Below, one piece after another: positions 25,028-36,655 of a stretch of DNA of 64,000 bases. Positions within the stretch are counted from its first letter, which is position 1, and each line of letters starts with the position of its first letter. The position numbers and the translations under genes were made by a program. The stretch is from an uncultured Verrucomicrobiota bacterium (GTDB taxonomy: Bacteria; Verrucomicrobiota; Verrucomicrobiia; Limisphaerales; UBA8199). A model generated the notes under the pieces. That model had not been told where the DNA came from and searched no databases. It saw nothing but the letters and a program-made list of their open reading frames with translations. Location of the stretch: assembly GCA_964448135.1 (NCBI GenBank), contig CAYUVH010000017.1:10094-74093 (forward strand), given 5' to 3'.

Positions 25028-25612
25028 TCACCGCGCCGAACTGGCCCGCTGGCTGCGCGAAACGAGCTTCACCTTTTGCGGTTTGGCGAGCAGGCCGGCG
25101 GCGAACACGCCGGAGAGGAGACCGGTGAGATGGCTTTCCCAGGAGACGCCGGGCATCGTCGGGAAGACGCCGCGGAGCATCCCGCCGTAGGCGATGATGC
25201 AGATGAGGGAAAGCGCCAGCGTGCCGAAGGTGCGATGGAACCAGGCCTGCGAAGCGAGAAAGCCGAAGTAACAAAAAATCAATCCGCTCGCGCCGATGTG
25301 AACGGCGTTGCGGGCGAAGAGCCACGTGAGCCCGCCGCCAAGGATCATGCCGCACAGCGTGACGGTGACGAAATGCCCCGGGTTCCGCGCGCAGATGATC
25401 GCGCCGAGGATGACGAGTGGAAGCGTGTTGGCGGCGATGTGCGCAAATGAGGCGTGGAGAAACGGGGCGGTGAGCAAGCCGCGCAAACCGGGCAGGTATC
25501 GCGGGACGATGCCGTACTGAGAAAGCTGGCCGTGGAGGATGAGATTATTGACGACGAAAACGAGCCAGCACAGCGCTGTCAGGATCAGGATGGGCGTGAA
25601 ACGTTTGGCCAC
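25028..25612 (-). CDS. Rhomboid-family intramembrane serine protease
   Basis: Polytopic protein with FLHASFAHIAANTL (HxxxN) and the catalytic GxSG in VHIGASGLIF. Confidence 0.85.
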   Translation of the reverse strand: MAKRFTPILILTALCWLVFVVNNLILHGQLSQYGIVPRYLPGLRGLLTAPFLHASFAHIAANTLPLVILGAIICARNPGHFVTVTLCGMILGGGLTWLFARNAVHIGASGLIFCYFGFLASQAWFHRTFGTLALSLICIIAYGGMLRGVFPTMPGVSWESHLTGLLSGVFAAGLLAKPQKVKLVSRSQRASSAR

Positions 25613-25770
25613 GATTGGGAGTAAGGTGGCGCGGGGAGTGGCGGTTGGGAATTATAAAATGGAGAGGGGATTGGAAGGTCGAAGCTCGAATGACGAATGA
25701 CGAAAGAAGTCCGAAGCTCGAAATCCAAAGGCAGGAAACGTTGCCCACAGAACTCAAGGACCACGCAGAA

Positions 25771-27147
25771 TCAGGGAGTCTTGCGGAAGACCACCACGCG
25801 ATTGGTGTTCGTGCCTTTGGCGTTGTTGTTCACGCCCCAGCAGTTGGCGGTCTTGGTGAATTCCTGGTCGTTGATGAGGATCAGCAAAGGCTCGAGGCCG
25901 GCCGCAAGGCCGCAGGGCAGCACGGCTTCTTCGAGCTTGGTTTTGCCGCCGTGGATTTCGCCCACCTCGAACGCCACATGGCCGCCGGGACGCAGCACGC
26001 GGGCGAGTTCGTGGAACACGGAAGTCATTACTTTCTGCCAGTCTTCCACCTTGCGCGGGGTGGTGAGCTTCACGGTGGCAGCGTCAATCCCGCTGAACCA
26101 GCAGCGCAGCCAGTTGTCGGTGACGTAATCCACGACATTCAGAAACGGTGGTGAGGTAACCGCCAGCGCGACGGAGCCGGCGGCGATCGCGGGCGTCTGG
26201 TCCGCGGGGCAGATCAGGAGCCGGGCTTTGCTGCCGGACGTGGAAAGGGTTTCGCGCAGGGCGGCATCGCATTCATTGAGTAATTGAATGCTCTTCTTGC
26301 GGATAATGTGCGGCACGGCGCGGCGCGGCGGCGTCTGGTTGCGGTCGGCGTTGATCTTGCGCTGGGATTTCAACGAGACGGCCTGGTTCGGCGGCAGCGT
26401 GTAAACGGAGAAGAAACCGGTGGAGTGTCCGGTGAGCCGGTTGAGGGCGACCATTCGAATCCAGGAATCCACTGCATCGAGCGCGCCGGATTTTTCATGG
26501 GCGAGCAGATACTTCTTCAGCGCGCAGATTTCGCGGAGCGTGGCGGGATGGTAAAAGACGAGCAGGTCCTCGGGTGTCTCCTCCACGTCGGAGAAATCAA
26601 TGGCCTGGAGGCGTTCCTCGATTTGCTCGACGGTGGGCGGCTGGAGGCGCGGCTGGATAAGCAATCCGGTCAGCGGGTTGATGTCGCAGCCGTAAGGCAC
26701 GCGGCCGAGCAGCGCGGCTTCCAGCAGGGAGGTGCCGCGGCCCATGAAGGGATCGTAGACGATCTCGCCGGGCGCGGTGAGGCGTTCGATGAAGAAGCGC
26801 GGCAACTGCGGCTTGAAACAGGCGCGGTAGGAAATCTCGTGGAGGTTGTTGGCCGCGCGCTGCTTCGCGGTCCAGAATTCATTGACGAAAGTGGGAACGG
26901 CGAGCGGGTGGCCCTCAAACGTTGCGGCCTGGGTTTCGATTACCGTGGTTGCTTTGCCGAACTCATGGAAATGGGTGAGCTCCCTGGCGAAAGCGGAATT
27001 GCTCCCCGCGTGGTTCCTTGGTTTTCGCTCCGCGGCATCGGCCAGCGCGAGGTCGGCTTGCACGAACGGCGACGCATCCCCGGCGCCAGTGTCGGCGGTG
27101 GACTGACGCTCACGTTTTGCGGATGCCGATTTTGGAGTTACAGGCAC
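25771..27147 (-). CDS. DNA methyltransferase (N4/N6 amino-methyltransferase family), apparently solitary
   Basis: SAM motif VYDPFMGRGTSLLEAALLGR lies about 195 aa before the catalytic TSPPFLNVVDY, which is followed by ARVLRPGGHVAFEV. No nuclease-like ORF is adjacent. Confidence 0.7.
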   Translation of the reverse strand: MPVTPKSASAKRERQSTADTGAGDASPFVQADLALADAAERKPRNHAGSNSAFARELTHFHEFGKATTVIETQAATFEGHPLAVPTFVNEFWTAKQRAANNLHEISYRACFKPQLPRFFIERLTAPGEIVYDPFMGRGTSLLEAALLGRVPYGCDINPLTGLLIQPRLQPPTVEQIEERLQAIDFSDVEETPEDLLVFYHPATLREICALKKYLLAHEKSGALDAVDSWIRMVALNRLTGHSTGFFSVYTLPPNQAVSLKSQRKINADRNQTPPRRAVPHIIRKKSIQLLNECDAALRETLSTSGSKARLLICPADQTPAIAAGSVALAVTSPPFLNVVDYVTDNWLRCWFSGIDAATVKLTTPRKVEDWQKVMTSVFHELARVLRPGGHVAFEVGEIHGGKTKLEEAVLPCGLAAGLEPLLILINDQEFTKTANCWGVNNNAKGTNTNRVVVFRKTP

Positions 27148-27261
27148 AGCCCAGCATATTTATTTGCCGGGTGGAAACGCGAGGGAATTTCGGCGGCCGG
27201 ACGGGATCCGGGCCAGGGTGTAACCGGCGCTCAATTTGATTGGGAGCGTCTGCTCCGTTTA

Positions 27262-27288
27262 CCCCCTCCTCCCGTGGGGAGGAGGGGG
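27262..27288 (-). terminator. Perfect 12-bp GC hairpin (CCCCCTCCTCCC gtg GGGAGGAGGGGG) downstream of the regulator gene
   Basis: Seen directly in the sequence. Neither strand has a clear U-tract, so terminator function is tentative. Confidence 0.3.
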
Positions 27289-27465
27289 AGTTTCCCGGCT
27301 GCACCCCCGCGCAGCCGAAAAGCTAAAGGAGCAAGTGAGCCAAAAAATCGGGCAACCCGCTCGCGCGGGTGCCATGACGCGTATTGCTTCGCGGAGGCAG
27401 AACCATGTCCAGCGGCCGTAAGATGGCCCAGAGCACGATTCCGAAAATTCCGCGATTGAATGGCA

Positions 27466-28299
27466 TCAGTTTTTATCCGACCCCGGCCCGGTTTTACGTC
27501 GTTCGATCAAATTCTGGAGGCCCAGCCGGCGAAACCAGTTGGGGCGCGCCTGGGTGGCCACCACTTTGTGCGGCAACGAAGGCGCGTCGGTCGCGTTCGC
27601 GCGCTGGACGCGCTTTTTCGCGCGCGGCTGTCTGGCTGGCTGCGGATGGCGGATTTGCTCGACGAGCTTGGGCCAGTCGCGGTGCTTGAGCAGGAAGCCT
27701 GAAGCGCCTTCGTCCATGGCGCGGGTGTAGCTGTCGCTATCGAAAAAGGTGGTGAGCATCAGGACCTGCGTGGAGCGCGCGAGGGTCTTGATGGGGCGGA
27801 TGGCGTCGAGGCCATTTTGCTCGCCCATATGAATATCGAGGAGCAGCACGTCGGGGCCATTCTTGCTGGCCAGGGTGCTGAGCGCGGCGGTGGCGGAGGA
27901 AAACTGGCGCGTGCATTCGATGCCATCTTCTTTGGAAAGCAAATCGCCGACGAGTTCGCGGAAATCGTCACTGTCATCCACCAGCCACACGCGGATGGGC
28001 CTGGCCGGGGCGGTGGCGCTGTCGTTCGCGGAAATCGGATTTTCGTCTGGTGACGTCTGCATGTCGTTCTTTGTCACGGACTTGTTAGCAATCCTGATGC
28101 CGAGTGGGATGCCGGCGTCGGCCGGATGAGAATCGCGCGAAAATCCGAAGAAACTCGCGGTATTTGTTTCACTGGTTTCAGAAGGGACTGAAAAGCATGC
28201 CTTCACCTCGTGTGCAAATCTAACCAAGTTGGCCAGAAATCGCCGACCGGTATTACCCAGCGTCGCCGGTAGCTCGATTTCGGAATTGATGTATTTCAT
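27466..28299 (-). CDS. Response regulator: receiver domain with non-canonical basic C-terminal tail
   Basis: RVWLVDDSDDFRE, VLLLDIHMGEQNG, MLTTF and Lys in FLLKH. The N-terminal 80-100 aa are unconserved, so the true start may be ATG 28062. Confidence 0.7.
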   Translation of the reverse strand: MKYINSEIELPATLGNTGRRFLANLVRFAHEVKACFSVPSETSETNTASFFGFSRDSHPADAGIPLGIRIANKSVTKNDMQTSPDENPISANDSATAPARPIRVWLVDDSDDFRELVGDLLSKEDGIECTRQFSSATAALSTLASKNGPDVLLLDIHMGEQNGLDAIRPIKTLARSTQVLMLTTFFDSDSYTRAMDEGASGFLLKHRDWPKLVEQIRHPQPARQPRAKKRVQRANATDAPSLPHKVVATQARPNWFRRLGLQNLIERRKTGPGSDKN

Positions 28300-28487
28300 C
28301 TGGCAGTAAAATGCGCTGCGCGCATGACGCCGCCATGGCGTAGCGGTGACGAGTCAGAGACAAATGGAAATCGCGCGTCTCCTTGAGCGCAAGGGCGTTT
28401 GGTGGGGCGAGGCTTCGGATGAGCGTGCTTACGGCGCTCGCCCCACCTGGTTTTGGAACGAATCCATCAACCGCGGGCGGCGCGGAT

Positions 28488-28859
28488 TCAGAGTTCCACT
28501 TTGTGCGCGAATTGCCCTTCGGGTACGCGCTGGCAGGTGGTCGAGCCATCGACCGAACCCAGCGTGTAACTGTCAGTGAAACTTGTGCCGCCGGCGGGGC
28601 ACACGACGCGGTTCTTCAGGTAGTCCTTGATGTCGTCGTAAGCCACCGACTGGCCGGGTCCCTTGTGCGCCTCCATGGCCCAGTTCGCCACGGCGCCGTC
28701 AATCTGGCGCATGTTGGAGATGCAGGTTTGCTTGTAGGTGGTGTTGCGGGCGCGGATGTAGTTGGGAATCGCGACCGCCGCGAGCAGCCCGATGATGGCG
28801 ACGACGATCATGATTTCGATGAGCGTGAAGCCGCCGGTACGTGTACGTGGATTTTGCAT
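28488..28859 (-). CDS. Prepilin-type N-terminal cleavage/methylation domain protein (pseudopilin)
   Basis: GGFTLIEIMIVVAIIGLLAAVAIPNY is the class III signal peptide. Confidence 0.85.
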   Translation of the reverse strand: MQNPRTRTGGFTLIEIMIVVAIIGLLAAVAIPNYIRARNTTYKQTCISNMRQIDGAVANWAMEAHKGPGQSVAYDDIKDYLKNRVVCPAGGTSFTDSYTLGSVDGSTTCQRVPEGQFAHKVEL

Positions 28860-28998
28860 GGTTGTCCTTTCATGGTTGACGGCGCGAACGAAGCGACGGA
28901 TGCGGGGTTGTCCCTGGGGTTCGCGATTTCTCCGTCGCCAACCGCCGAAGAGTTAAACAACGGGGTGGGGCAAAAGTTGCGAAAACGCCCCGGGCAAT

Positions 28999-29201
28999 CT
29001 ATCGCCGCCCGCTGCCTCCGGACAAGGCGAGATCAATGCCCATGATCAGCACCGCGCCGAGCGGAGCGATCCAGCGGAAGAGCGTGGACCAGCGGGTGGG
29101 ATAGTTGTGACCGTCCCTGGTGATTTCGCGGCAGCGCGAACCGATAATGCGGCAGGCGATGTACCACAGTGCGGCTGCGATCAGGACGATGATGTGGCGG
29201 T

Positions 29202-29205
<4 letters not shown>
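28999..29205 (-). CDS. Small membrane protein, unknown function
   Basis: 68 aa with two hydrophobic helices. Its start overlaps the xylA stop by 4 nt. Confidence 0.4.
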
Positions 29206-30533
<1,328 letters not shown>

Positions 30534-30602
30534 GGGTTGCGCTTCGACGCCGGGCGAGACTAGCGGCGGGCTCCGCACCGGGCAAGCGGGGACTTAAATG
30601 CG

Positions 30603-30640
30603 CAAAAAACCACCGCCGGCAACGAAGGCCGGCGGTGGTT
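30603..30640 (-). terminator. Rho-independent terminator after the outer-membrane protein gene
   Basis: On the minus strand: AACCACCGCCGGC cttcgtt GCCGGCGGTGGTT followed by TTTTTTG. 13-bp stem, 36 nt after the stop at 30676. Confidence 0.8.
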
Positions 30641-30675
30641 GCGTTGAATGGATTTCGATGCCGTGATCCTGACGC

Positions 30676-31263
30676 TTAGAAACTGAAGCGCAAGCCGGCG
30701 CGGCCGACGACGTAGTCCGGCATGTCGAAGCCCCATACGTAGCGGGCGTCCGTGAAGATGCTGAAATGTTTGACGATCCGGAACTCAATGCCGACGCCTG
30801 CCTGGACAAAGGAGTGATCCGCTTCGAATTGATAACCGCCACCGCCAAATCCATACGGCGCGATGCCGGTGCGGCCGAGGGGCAGGCGCGCGATCAAACT
30901 GCCCGAGGCACTGTCGATAAAGGAATGTTCGGGGTTCTCGGAGTAGGCATCCGCGCCGATACCGAAGTGCTTCGTGAGAAAGTAGTTGGCGCCGACGCCG
31001 ACACCGAGGCGGCCGTTGTCGTGGATGCGGTCCCAGGTGAACTGATTCAACGTTTGCCGGCTCACCGAGCCGGTCCCGAAGACATCGAAGGAGAATTCGT
31101 TGGCGTGATACAGAAAGAGACGGTCATCGCTGTCCGAGTTGTTGTAGTCATGGTTGAAGTCATGGTTGTTGTTCTCGTTGTCCTTGTCGTCGGCAAGCGC
31201 TGGGGTGACGGTGCAGAGGGTTAACACTGCGGTGGCCAAGGAGAGACGTTTCCAGAGGTTCAT
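30676..31263 (-). CDS. Small outer-membrane beta-barrel protein
   Basis: Signal peptide MNLWKRLSLATAVLTLCTVTPALA, alternating beta-strand pattern and C-terminal ...GRAGLRFSF. Confidence 0.7.
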   Translation of the reverse strand: MNLWKRLSLATAVLTLCTVTPALADDKDNENNNHDFNHDYNNSDSDDRLFLYHANEFSFDVFGTGSVSRQTLNQFTWDRIHDNGRLGVGVGANYFLTKHFGIGADAYSENPEHSFIDSASGSLIARLPLGRTGIAPYGFGGGGYQFEADHSFVQAGVGIEFRIVKHFSIFTDARYVWGFDMPDYVVGRAGLRFSF

Positions 31264-31550
31264 AGCATTCCTGTTGGTCGGATTGTTTTTCCGCCCTACC
31301 GGGCGGGGTTGCGAAATTCCAAGCTTGGTTTGTGCCAACCGTTTTTCTGGCCGGGCCTCGATAATGAGTCCTAATTTCGACGCCTTGAATTTGCAGATTG
31401 CACAAGGCCCGGAAACCGCCCATGCAAACCGCAATGGCTGGGTCGGCTGATTGGGAACGAGGTCGCAGGATTGCGCGCGCAGCTCAAATGTGCGAAGTGT
31501 TTGCCGGCGCGGAAACGAAACATCAGCGCTTGCAGTTTTTCCAAGCGCTT

Positions 31551-32789
31551 ATGTCTGACCACGGCCGCAGCCGGTTTTGGATTATTATCATCCTGGGATC
31601 GCTCTGTACGATCACTCCCTTCGCCGTGGACATGTATCTGCCGGCGTTTCCGGAACTCGCCGCCGCCCTCCATACCACGACCGCCCGCATCTCGTTGTCG
31701 CTTTCCAGTTACTTCATTGGCATGGCTCTTGGGCAGTTGATCTACGGGCCGTTGCTCGACCGTTTTGGCCGCAAGCTGCCGCTCTACGCGGGCTTGATCA
31801 TCTTTATCGCCGCATCGCTTCTGTGTCTGCCCGCGAAGACAGTGGAATGGCTGATTGTGACGCGCTTCATCCAGGCGCTGGGCGGTTGCGCCGCGCAGGT
31901 TGCCGCGATGGCGATGGTGCGCGACTTTTTTCCCGTCCACGAAACCGCGAAAATCATTTCGCTGCTCATCCTGATCCTGGGCGCGTCGCCATTGCTGGCG
32001 CCCACGGTGGGCAGCTTCGTCGCCGCGAACCTGGGCTGGCAGTGGGTGTTCATTATTCTGGCGATCGTGGCCTTTCTGAACCTGCTCGTGGTGTGGAGGT
32101 TTCTGCCGGCGGGCGCGCCGCCGGATTTGCAGGTCTCCCTGCGTCCCGGGCCCATCGCGCGCAACTTTGCCGAAGTGCTGAAAGAATCGCAATTCACCAC
32201 GTTCTCGGTGTCCGGCGCGGTGGCGTTTTCGGGATTGCTGGTTTACGTCACGGTATCGCCGATCATCTTCATGGAATACTTCCACGTGACCTCAAAAACT
32301 TTCGGCTTAATTTTCGCGGGCCTCGCGGTTGGTTTCATCGGCAGCAATCAGATCAATGTTCTGCTCCTCCGGCGCTTCTCCAGCGTCCAACTCTTCCAGG
32401 CTTCGTTATGGATCGAATGTCCCGCCGCGTTGCTGTTGCTCGTCGGTACTTATTTCAATTGGTTTGGATTGGCGCCCACGCTGTTGCTGTTGTTCATCTC
32501 ATTATCCACGCTGGGTCTGGCATATCCCAATGCCGCTGCGCTGGCGCTGGCGCCGTTCGAGCGAAATATTGGCAGCGCCTCCGCGATGATGGGTTTCCTC
32601 CAAATCGGCATCTCCAGCCTGGCCTCGGCGAGCGTCGGCATCATGAATTCGAAAGGAATGCTGCCGTTTTGTGTGATTCTGACCTGCACCTCGTGGCTCG
32701 GGCTCGGCATTTTCCTGTTCGGGAAAAATCGCCTGCACGGCCAGGTGCGCTTTGTCGAGGAAAAGGGCGCGACTCCCATCGCGCATTGA
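31551..32789 (+). CDS. MFS transporter, Bcr/CflA drug-resistance subfamily
   Basis: 12-TM profile with FAVDMYLPAFPELAAAL and GQLIYGPLLDRFGRK. Start at ATG 31551. Confidence 0.85.
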   Translation: MSDHGRSRFWIIIILGSLCTITPFAVDMYLPAFPELAAALHTTTARISLSLSSYFIGMALGQLIYGPLLDRFGRKLPLYAGLIIFIAASLLCLPAKTVEWLIVTRFIQALGGCAAQVAAMAMVRDFFPVHETAKIISLLILILGASPLLAPTVGSFVAANLGWQWVFIILAIVAFLNLLVVWRFLPAGAPPDLQVSLRPGPIARNFAEVLKESQFTTFSVSGAVAFSGLLVYVTVSPIIFMEYFHVTSKTFGLIFAGLAVGFIGSNQINVLLLRRFSSVQLFQASLWIECPAALLLLVGTYFNWFGLAPTLLLLFISLSTLGLAYPNAAALALAPFERNIGSASAMMGFLQIGISSLASASVGIMNSKGMLPFCVILTCTSWLGLGIFLFGKNRLHGQVRFVEEKGATPIAH

Positions 32790-32828
32790 AGTATCTCAAG
32801 GAGCACGAATGCTCGGAGATAAGAGGCC

Positions 32829-34727
32829 TCACGCCCAAAGGCGCAGCCCAATCAGTCCCCAGTAGCCATAGTAAACCGTGACGGCCAGCATGGCCGACGA
32901 GACCAGGACGGAGTGCCAATAGACCAATCGGTTCATCGGGGTTTTCCTAGCCCGGTAGGCGACATAGAGAGCTGCGACCGCTGCCAGGGGAAAGACGATG
33001 CTGGTGAGCATGACGCTGACCGTGAGTAAGGTGGGCGCCCCCAGATTGACATCATCGACATAAGTGGAAGTGATCACCCCACGCAATCCGCTGAAAATCA
33101 GGACATCAAAGACAACCAACGATGCTGCGCTGACCGATGGCAAAATCAGCAGCCATCGCGGAACCGGGCGCGGGAGTTTGCCAAACAGCTTTTTAAAGCC
33201 GCAAACGATCGCGAAGATAAACGAACTCAACATGAGCAAACCAATCAAGCCCATCCCGATGAGCTGGGCCCAAATCCGCAGCGCGGAGACTTTCTGAAAC
33301 GTGGCCTCGCCGTGCTGGACCAATATCCTTCCGTCCGCGTCGGGTAGCAAAGCGAGGGAGGCCAGGGATTTATCCTCCTGGCGAAACAGGCGTTCCGCGG
33401 TGGGAGCCCAGTGTTTTTGCAACAGGCCGTAGGTACTGGTGGAGAGATGGTCGCCGGCGAACGTCAGAATCTTCACGTTCAGCAAGCGTTCGAATCCATA
33501 AAACCACTCCGCCTGGGAACTGATCAGTTCATAGTATCCCTTATATTGATGCTTCAGTGCGGCGGGGACGGCGACTTCGGGTGGCAGCGCGGGCGGAGTC
33601 AAATCGCGGGTGAGGTAGTGTCGGACCAGCTTTCCGATTTGGAACATGGCCGTGAAGCTGCCCGAATTGAGCATGAGGGCGTAGCCGCGGCCGTGGTCGG
33701 GAAGGTAGGCTATTTGGGCGATGCCACCCATCACCGCACCGCTGTGCCCGTGGAATACAAAAGGACCATCGAGAATCGGGTGGTTGAACAAACCGTAATT
33801 GGCGATGGGACCGAGTTTAGCCGAGGGCAAGGTTTCACCGGTTTCCATACGGTCGAGGGAAGCTGGTGAGAGAATTTGTGTGCCGCCCAGGCTGCCGCGC
33901 TGGAGAAAGAACCGCAGGTAATTCGCCATGTCTCGCGCGGACGTGCTGACCGCCGCGGTGGGTCGCAACGCGATGTGCCAATAGGGATACGGAGTAATGC
34001 CGTCTGGGTGGTACAGCTTCGCGAGCTGCCGCTCCACCTCCGGGGTGTAAAAATAGCCGGTCGAATTCATCCCCAACGGTTTGAAAATATTTTGCGCCAC
34101 ATAATCCTCAAAGCGTTCGCCGGAAACTTTTTCAACCACCGCCGCCAGGACTGCCGGGCCGGAATTGCAGTAGGCCATCCGGCTGCCGGGCGGCCAGCGG
34201 GATACGCGCGAAGCGGCACCATAGGCCAGCGCGTTCGTCAGCGTGATGGTTGGATCATTCAGGGCCAGTTCGCGCAAGTGCAGGTCTTCAAACCCCGACG
34301 TGTGTTCCAGCAAGTGGACCAGGCGGACCGGATCGGTCGCCTCCCAGGGGTTGGTGAAGGCCACTTCGGGCACCCATTGCCTGACTGTGTCGGTCAGCTT
34401 GAGTTTGCCTTCCTCCTGCAATCGCAGCGCGGCCAAAGCGACGAACGTTTTTGAAATGGATCCCAGCCGGAACCGGGTGTCGGCGGTAACGGGTTTGTTC
34501 GCGGCGACGTCCGCCCAACCGATGCCGGCGAGCCATTCAACCTGGTTGCGGGAAACAATGGCAATCGCGGCGCCGGGAGTGCGGGAGTCCTTTAAAATGG
34601 TTTCGATGGCGGCGCGCAATTCCGGAAGGGAATTGGGGACATTGGTTGTTTCCGCCGCCGACGCGCAGGCGGCAGCCGAAACCAGGAACCCCACGGCAGA
34701 GTACACGCGCAGGCGAGCTGAAATCAT
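32829..34727 (-). CDS. Beta-lactamase-family serine hydrolase fused to a C-terminal polytopic membrane domain
   Basis: Signal peptide, S-x-x-K in LGSISKTF and Y-x-N in AYCNSG. The last roughly 170 aa form 4-5 TM helices. Confidence 0.8.
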   Translation of the reverse strand: MISARLRVYSAVGFLVSAAACASAAETTNVPNSLPELRAAIETILKDSRTPGAAIAIVSRNQVEWLAGIGWADVAANKPVTADTRFRLGSISKTFVALAALRLQEEGKLKLTDTVRQWVPEVAFTNPWEATDPVRLVHLLEHTSGFEDLHLRELALNDPTITLTNALAYGAASRVSRWPPGSRMAYCNSGPAVLAAVVEKVSGERFEDYVAQNIFKPLGMNSTGYFYTPEVERQLAKLYHPDGITPYPYWHIALRPTAAVSTSARDMANYLRFFLQRGSLGGTQILSPASLDRMETGETLPSAKLGPIANYGLFNHPILDGPFVFHGHSGAVMGGIAQIAYLPDHGRGYALMLNSGSFTAMFQIGKLVRHYLTRDLTPPALPPEVAVPAALKHQYKGYYELISSQAEWFYGFERLLNVKILTFAGDHLSTSTYGLLQKHWAPTAERLFRQEDKSLASLALLPDADGRILVQHGEATFQKVSALRIWAQLIGMGLIGLLMLSSFIFAIVCGFKKLFGKLPRPVPRWLLILPSVSAASLVVFDVLIFSGLRGVITSTYVDDVNLGAPTLLTVSVMLTSIVFPLAAVAALYVAYRARKTPMNRLVYWHSVLVSSAMLAVTVYYGYWGLIGLRLWA

Positions 34728-34974
34728 CCCTGGTTCGACAATCTGGAGGGGGTTTCGTTTTGCCCGCTCGCAAGGCACCCGCGCAGGGACAGCCAAATCC
34801 CGGACGGGGCGTTGATGAGACTTGAGGTCACCCTACCGGGATGTCGTTTCCCGGGGCTCGCCGTGCGGCCGGCCAAATGCAGGCAATGGATGTTCCTCGA
34901 TGCACAAATTCTGCGAAGTGCCGGACTGGATTTCCTGTCACACTTTGACCCGGTGGACCACTACACAGGTGAGA

Positions 34975-36564
34975 ATGAATACAAATCTTACCTTTGAATC
35001 GGAGGCCCGGAGCGACGCCTCGCTGGTGGAATCCTGCCGGGCAGGCGACCGCGAGGCCTTCGGCGGCATCGTCAATCGCTACCAGTCGCCGATTTGCGCG
35101 CTCACGTACAGCGCGTGCGGCGATGTGGCCCGGAGCGAGGACCTGGCGCAGGAGATTTTCATCAGCGCGTGGAAAAACCTCGGCAGCCTGCGCGAGCCCG
35201 CGCGGTTGAAGGCGTGGCTCTTTGGCATTGCGCGCAACCTGATCCATAATACTTTCCGGCGACGGGCACGAAATCCCGTGGCCGGGGCAGTCACGCTGGA
35301 TGAAGGCGTGGAACCGGTTTCGCCGGGTGCCGCACCGGACGCACATACGATCAGCAAAGAGGAGCAGGCCATTTTGTGGCAGGTGCTCTCCGGCCTTCCG
35401 GAAGTGTATCGCGAAGCAATGGTGATGTTCTACCGGCAGAGCGAGTCCATTTCCCAGGTGGCGGAATGCCTGGGAATCACCGAAGACGCCGTGAGGCAGC
35501 GACTCTCGCGCGGGCGGGCGCTGCTGAACCAGCGAGTGGCGCAGGTAATCCAAAACGGACTCCGACGCACTGCACCGCGGGACACCTTCGCGGTCGTCGT
35601 GATCGCCGCGCTACCCGCCCTTGCGGCTGTAACCACTGCGAAAGGCGCAGTGGTTGGCATGGCCTCGACGAAGGGCGCAAGCAGCCAGGCTACCGGATTG
35701 CTGGGTTTCCTGAAAAGTATCGCGTCCTTCGCCGGCCTGGTGGCGATTCCAGCGACCCTGGGCTCCTATTTCGGTTTCCGGTTGGGGCAGGATTCCGGAG
35801 GGTCGCCGCAGCGCCGGAAATCGGTGGCGAAGTTCTGGCGGGTGTTTGCGGTGGGGGTGGCGCTGCTGGCCATCCTGCCGTTGTTCCTGACGCTGGGGTT
35901 GGCCAGATTCCTGGACGAAGGCCCGCGCGCGGTTTTCCTCTCGGTCATGACTTTTTGGATGGGACTGGCATATCCGTTTGTGTTCGGTTCGCTGTTATAC
36001 TGGGCGTGGCTGCGGCGGCGGAAAGCCGCTTCGGCAGACGCAGAAGATGCCTCGCCGGTTTCGACGGCAAGTCTGCCGGCGTTGGTTCCGGGCCGGAGAA
36101 TCAGCGGACGGCTGGTTTTCTTCGTCACGCTCATTGCCGCGGCATTGCTGGTCTTCTGTTACCTGGACATGGCGCACAACGTAGTGCGAATAGACACGGA
36201 GAAGGCCTGCGCCTTGATAGGAGACTGCCCGGCTTCCGAGTTGCAAGCTTGTGTCACGGTGGCGCATTACCGCTCGCTGTGGCGGGAATATCCCGACGTG
36301 TTCCAGACGCTCTCGCTGGTGGTAAAGCAATCGGGAAAGAAAACCCGTTACTGGGCGCCGGTCAGCAAAGGCGCGCTGGAACTGCTGGCTCAGAAAGGTG
36401 TGGCATGTCCTACTTATGTCCAAGGGAAAGACTTTGAAGTCCTCGGCACACCGGGCCGGTTTCTCCCTTTCCTCGCCGCGTTTGTCCTGGGCCTCGGCGC
36501 CCTTTTCCTCTTCAAGCGCCGCCGGATGGCGCTTTCCCAAGTTGCCCCGGCCGTCGACCGGTAG
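34975..36564 (+). CDS. ECF (sigma-70 family) sigma factor fused to a roughly 330-aa multi-TM C-terminal domain
   Basis: Region 2 is SEDLAQEIFISAWKNLGSL...WLFGIARN. Region 4 is EAMVMFYRQSESISQVAECLGITEDAVRQRLSRGRALL. Several hydrophobic helices follow. Confidence 0.8.
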   Translation: MNTNLTFESEARSDASLVESCRAGDREAFGGIVNRYQSPICALTYSACGDVARSEDLAQEIFISAWKNLGSLREPARLKAWLFGIARNLIHNTFRRRARNPVAGAVTLDEGVEPVSPGAAPDAHTISKEEQAILWQVLSGLPEVYREAMVMFYRQSESISQVAECLGITEDAVRQRLSRGRALLNQRVAQVIQNGLRRTAPRDTFAVVVIAALPALAAVTTAKGAVVGMASTKGASSQATGLLGFLKSIASFAGLVAIPATLGSYFGFRLGQDSGGSPQRRKSVAKFWRVFAVGVALLAILPLFLTLGLARFLDEGPRAVFLSVMTFWMGLAYPFVFGSLLYWAWLRRRKAASADAEDASPVSTASLPALVPGRRISGRLVFFVTLIAAALLVFCYLDMAHNVVRIDTEKACALIGDCPASELQACVTVAHYRSLWREYPDVFQTLSLVVKQSGKKTRYWAPVSKGALELLAQKGVACPTYVQGKDFEVLGTPGRFLPFLAAFVLGLGALFLFKRRRMALSQVAPAVDR

Positions 36565-36655
36565 TCTGGTTGGTGAACGGGATCGAGGGAAACCCGTTGA
36601 CGGAAACAAGCCGGATCGCCAACGTGGATTCCCAGATTGAAAATCAGGGCACGTC

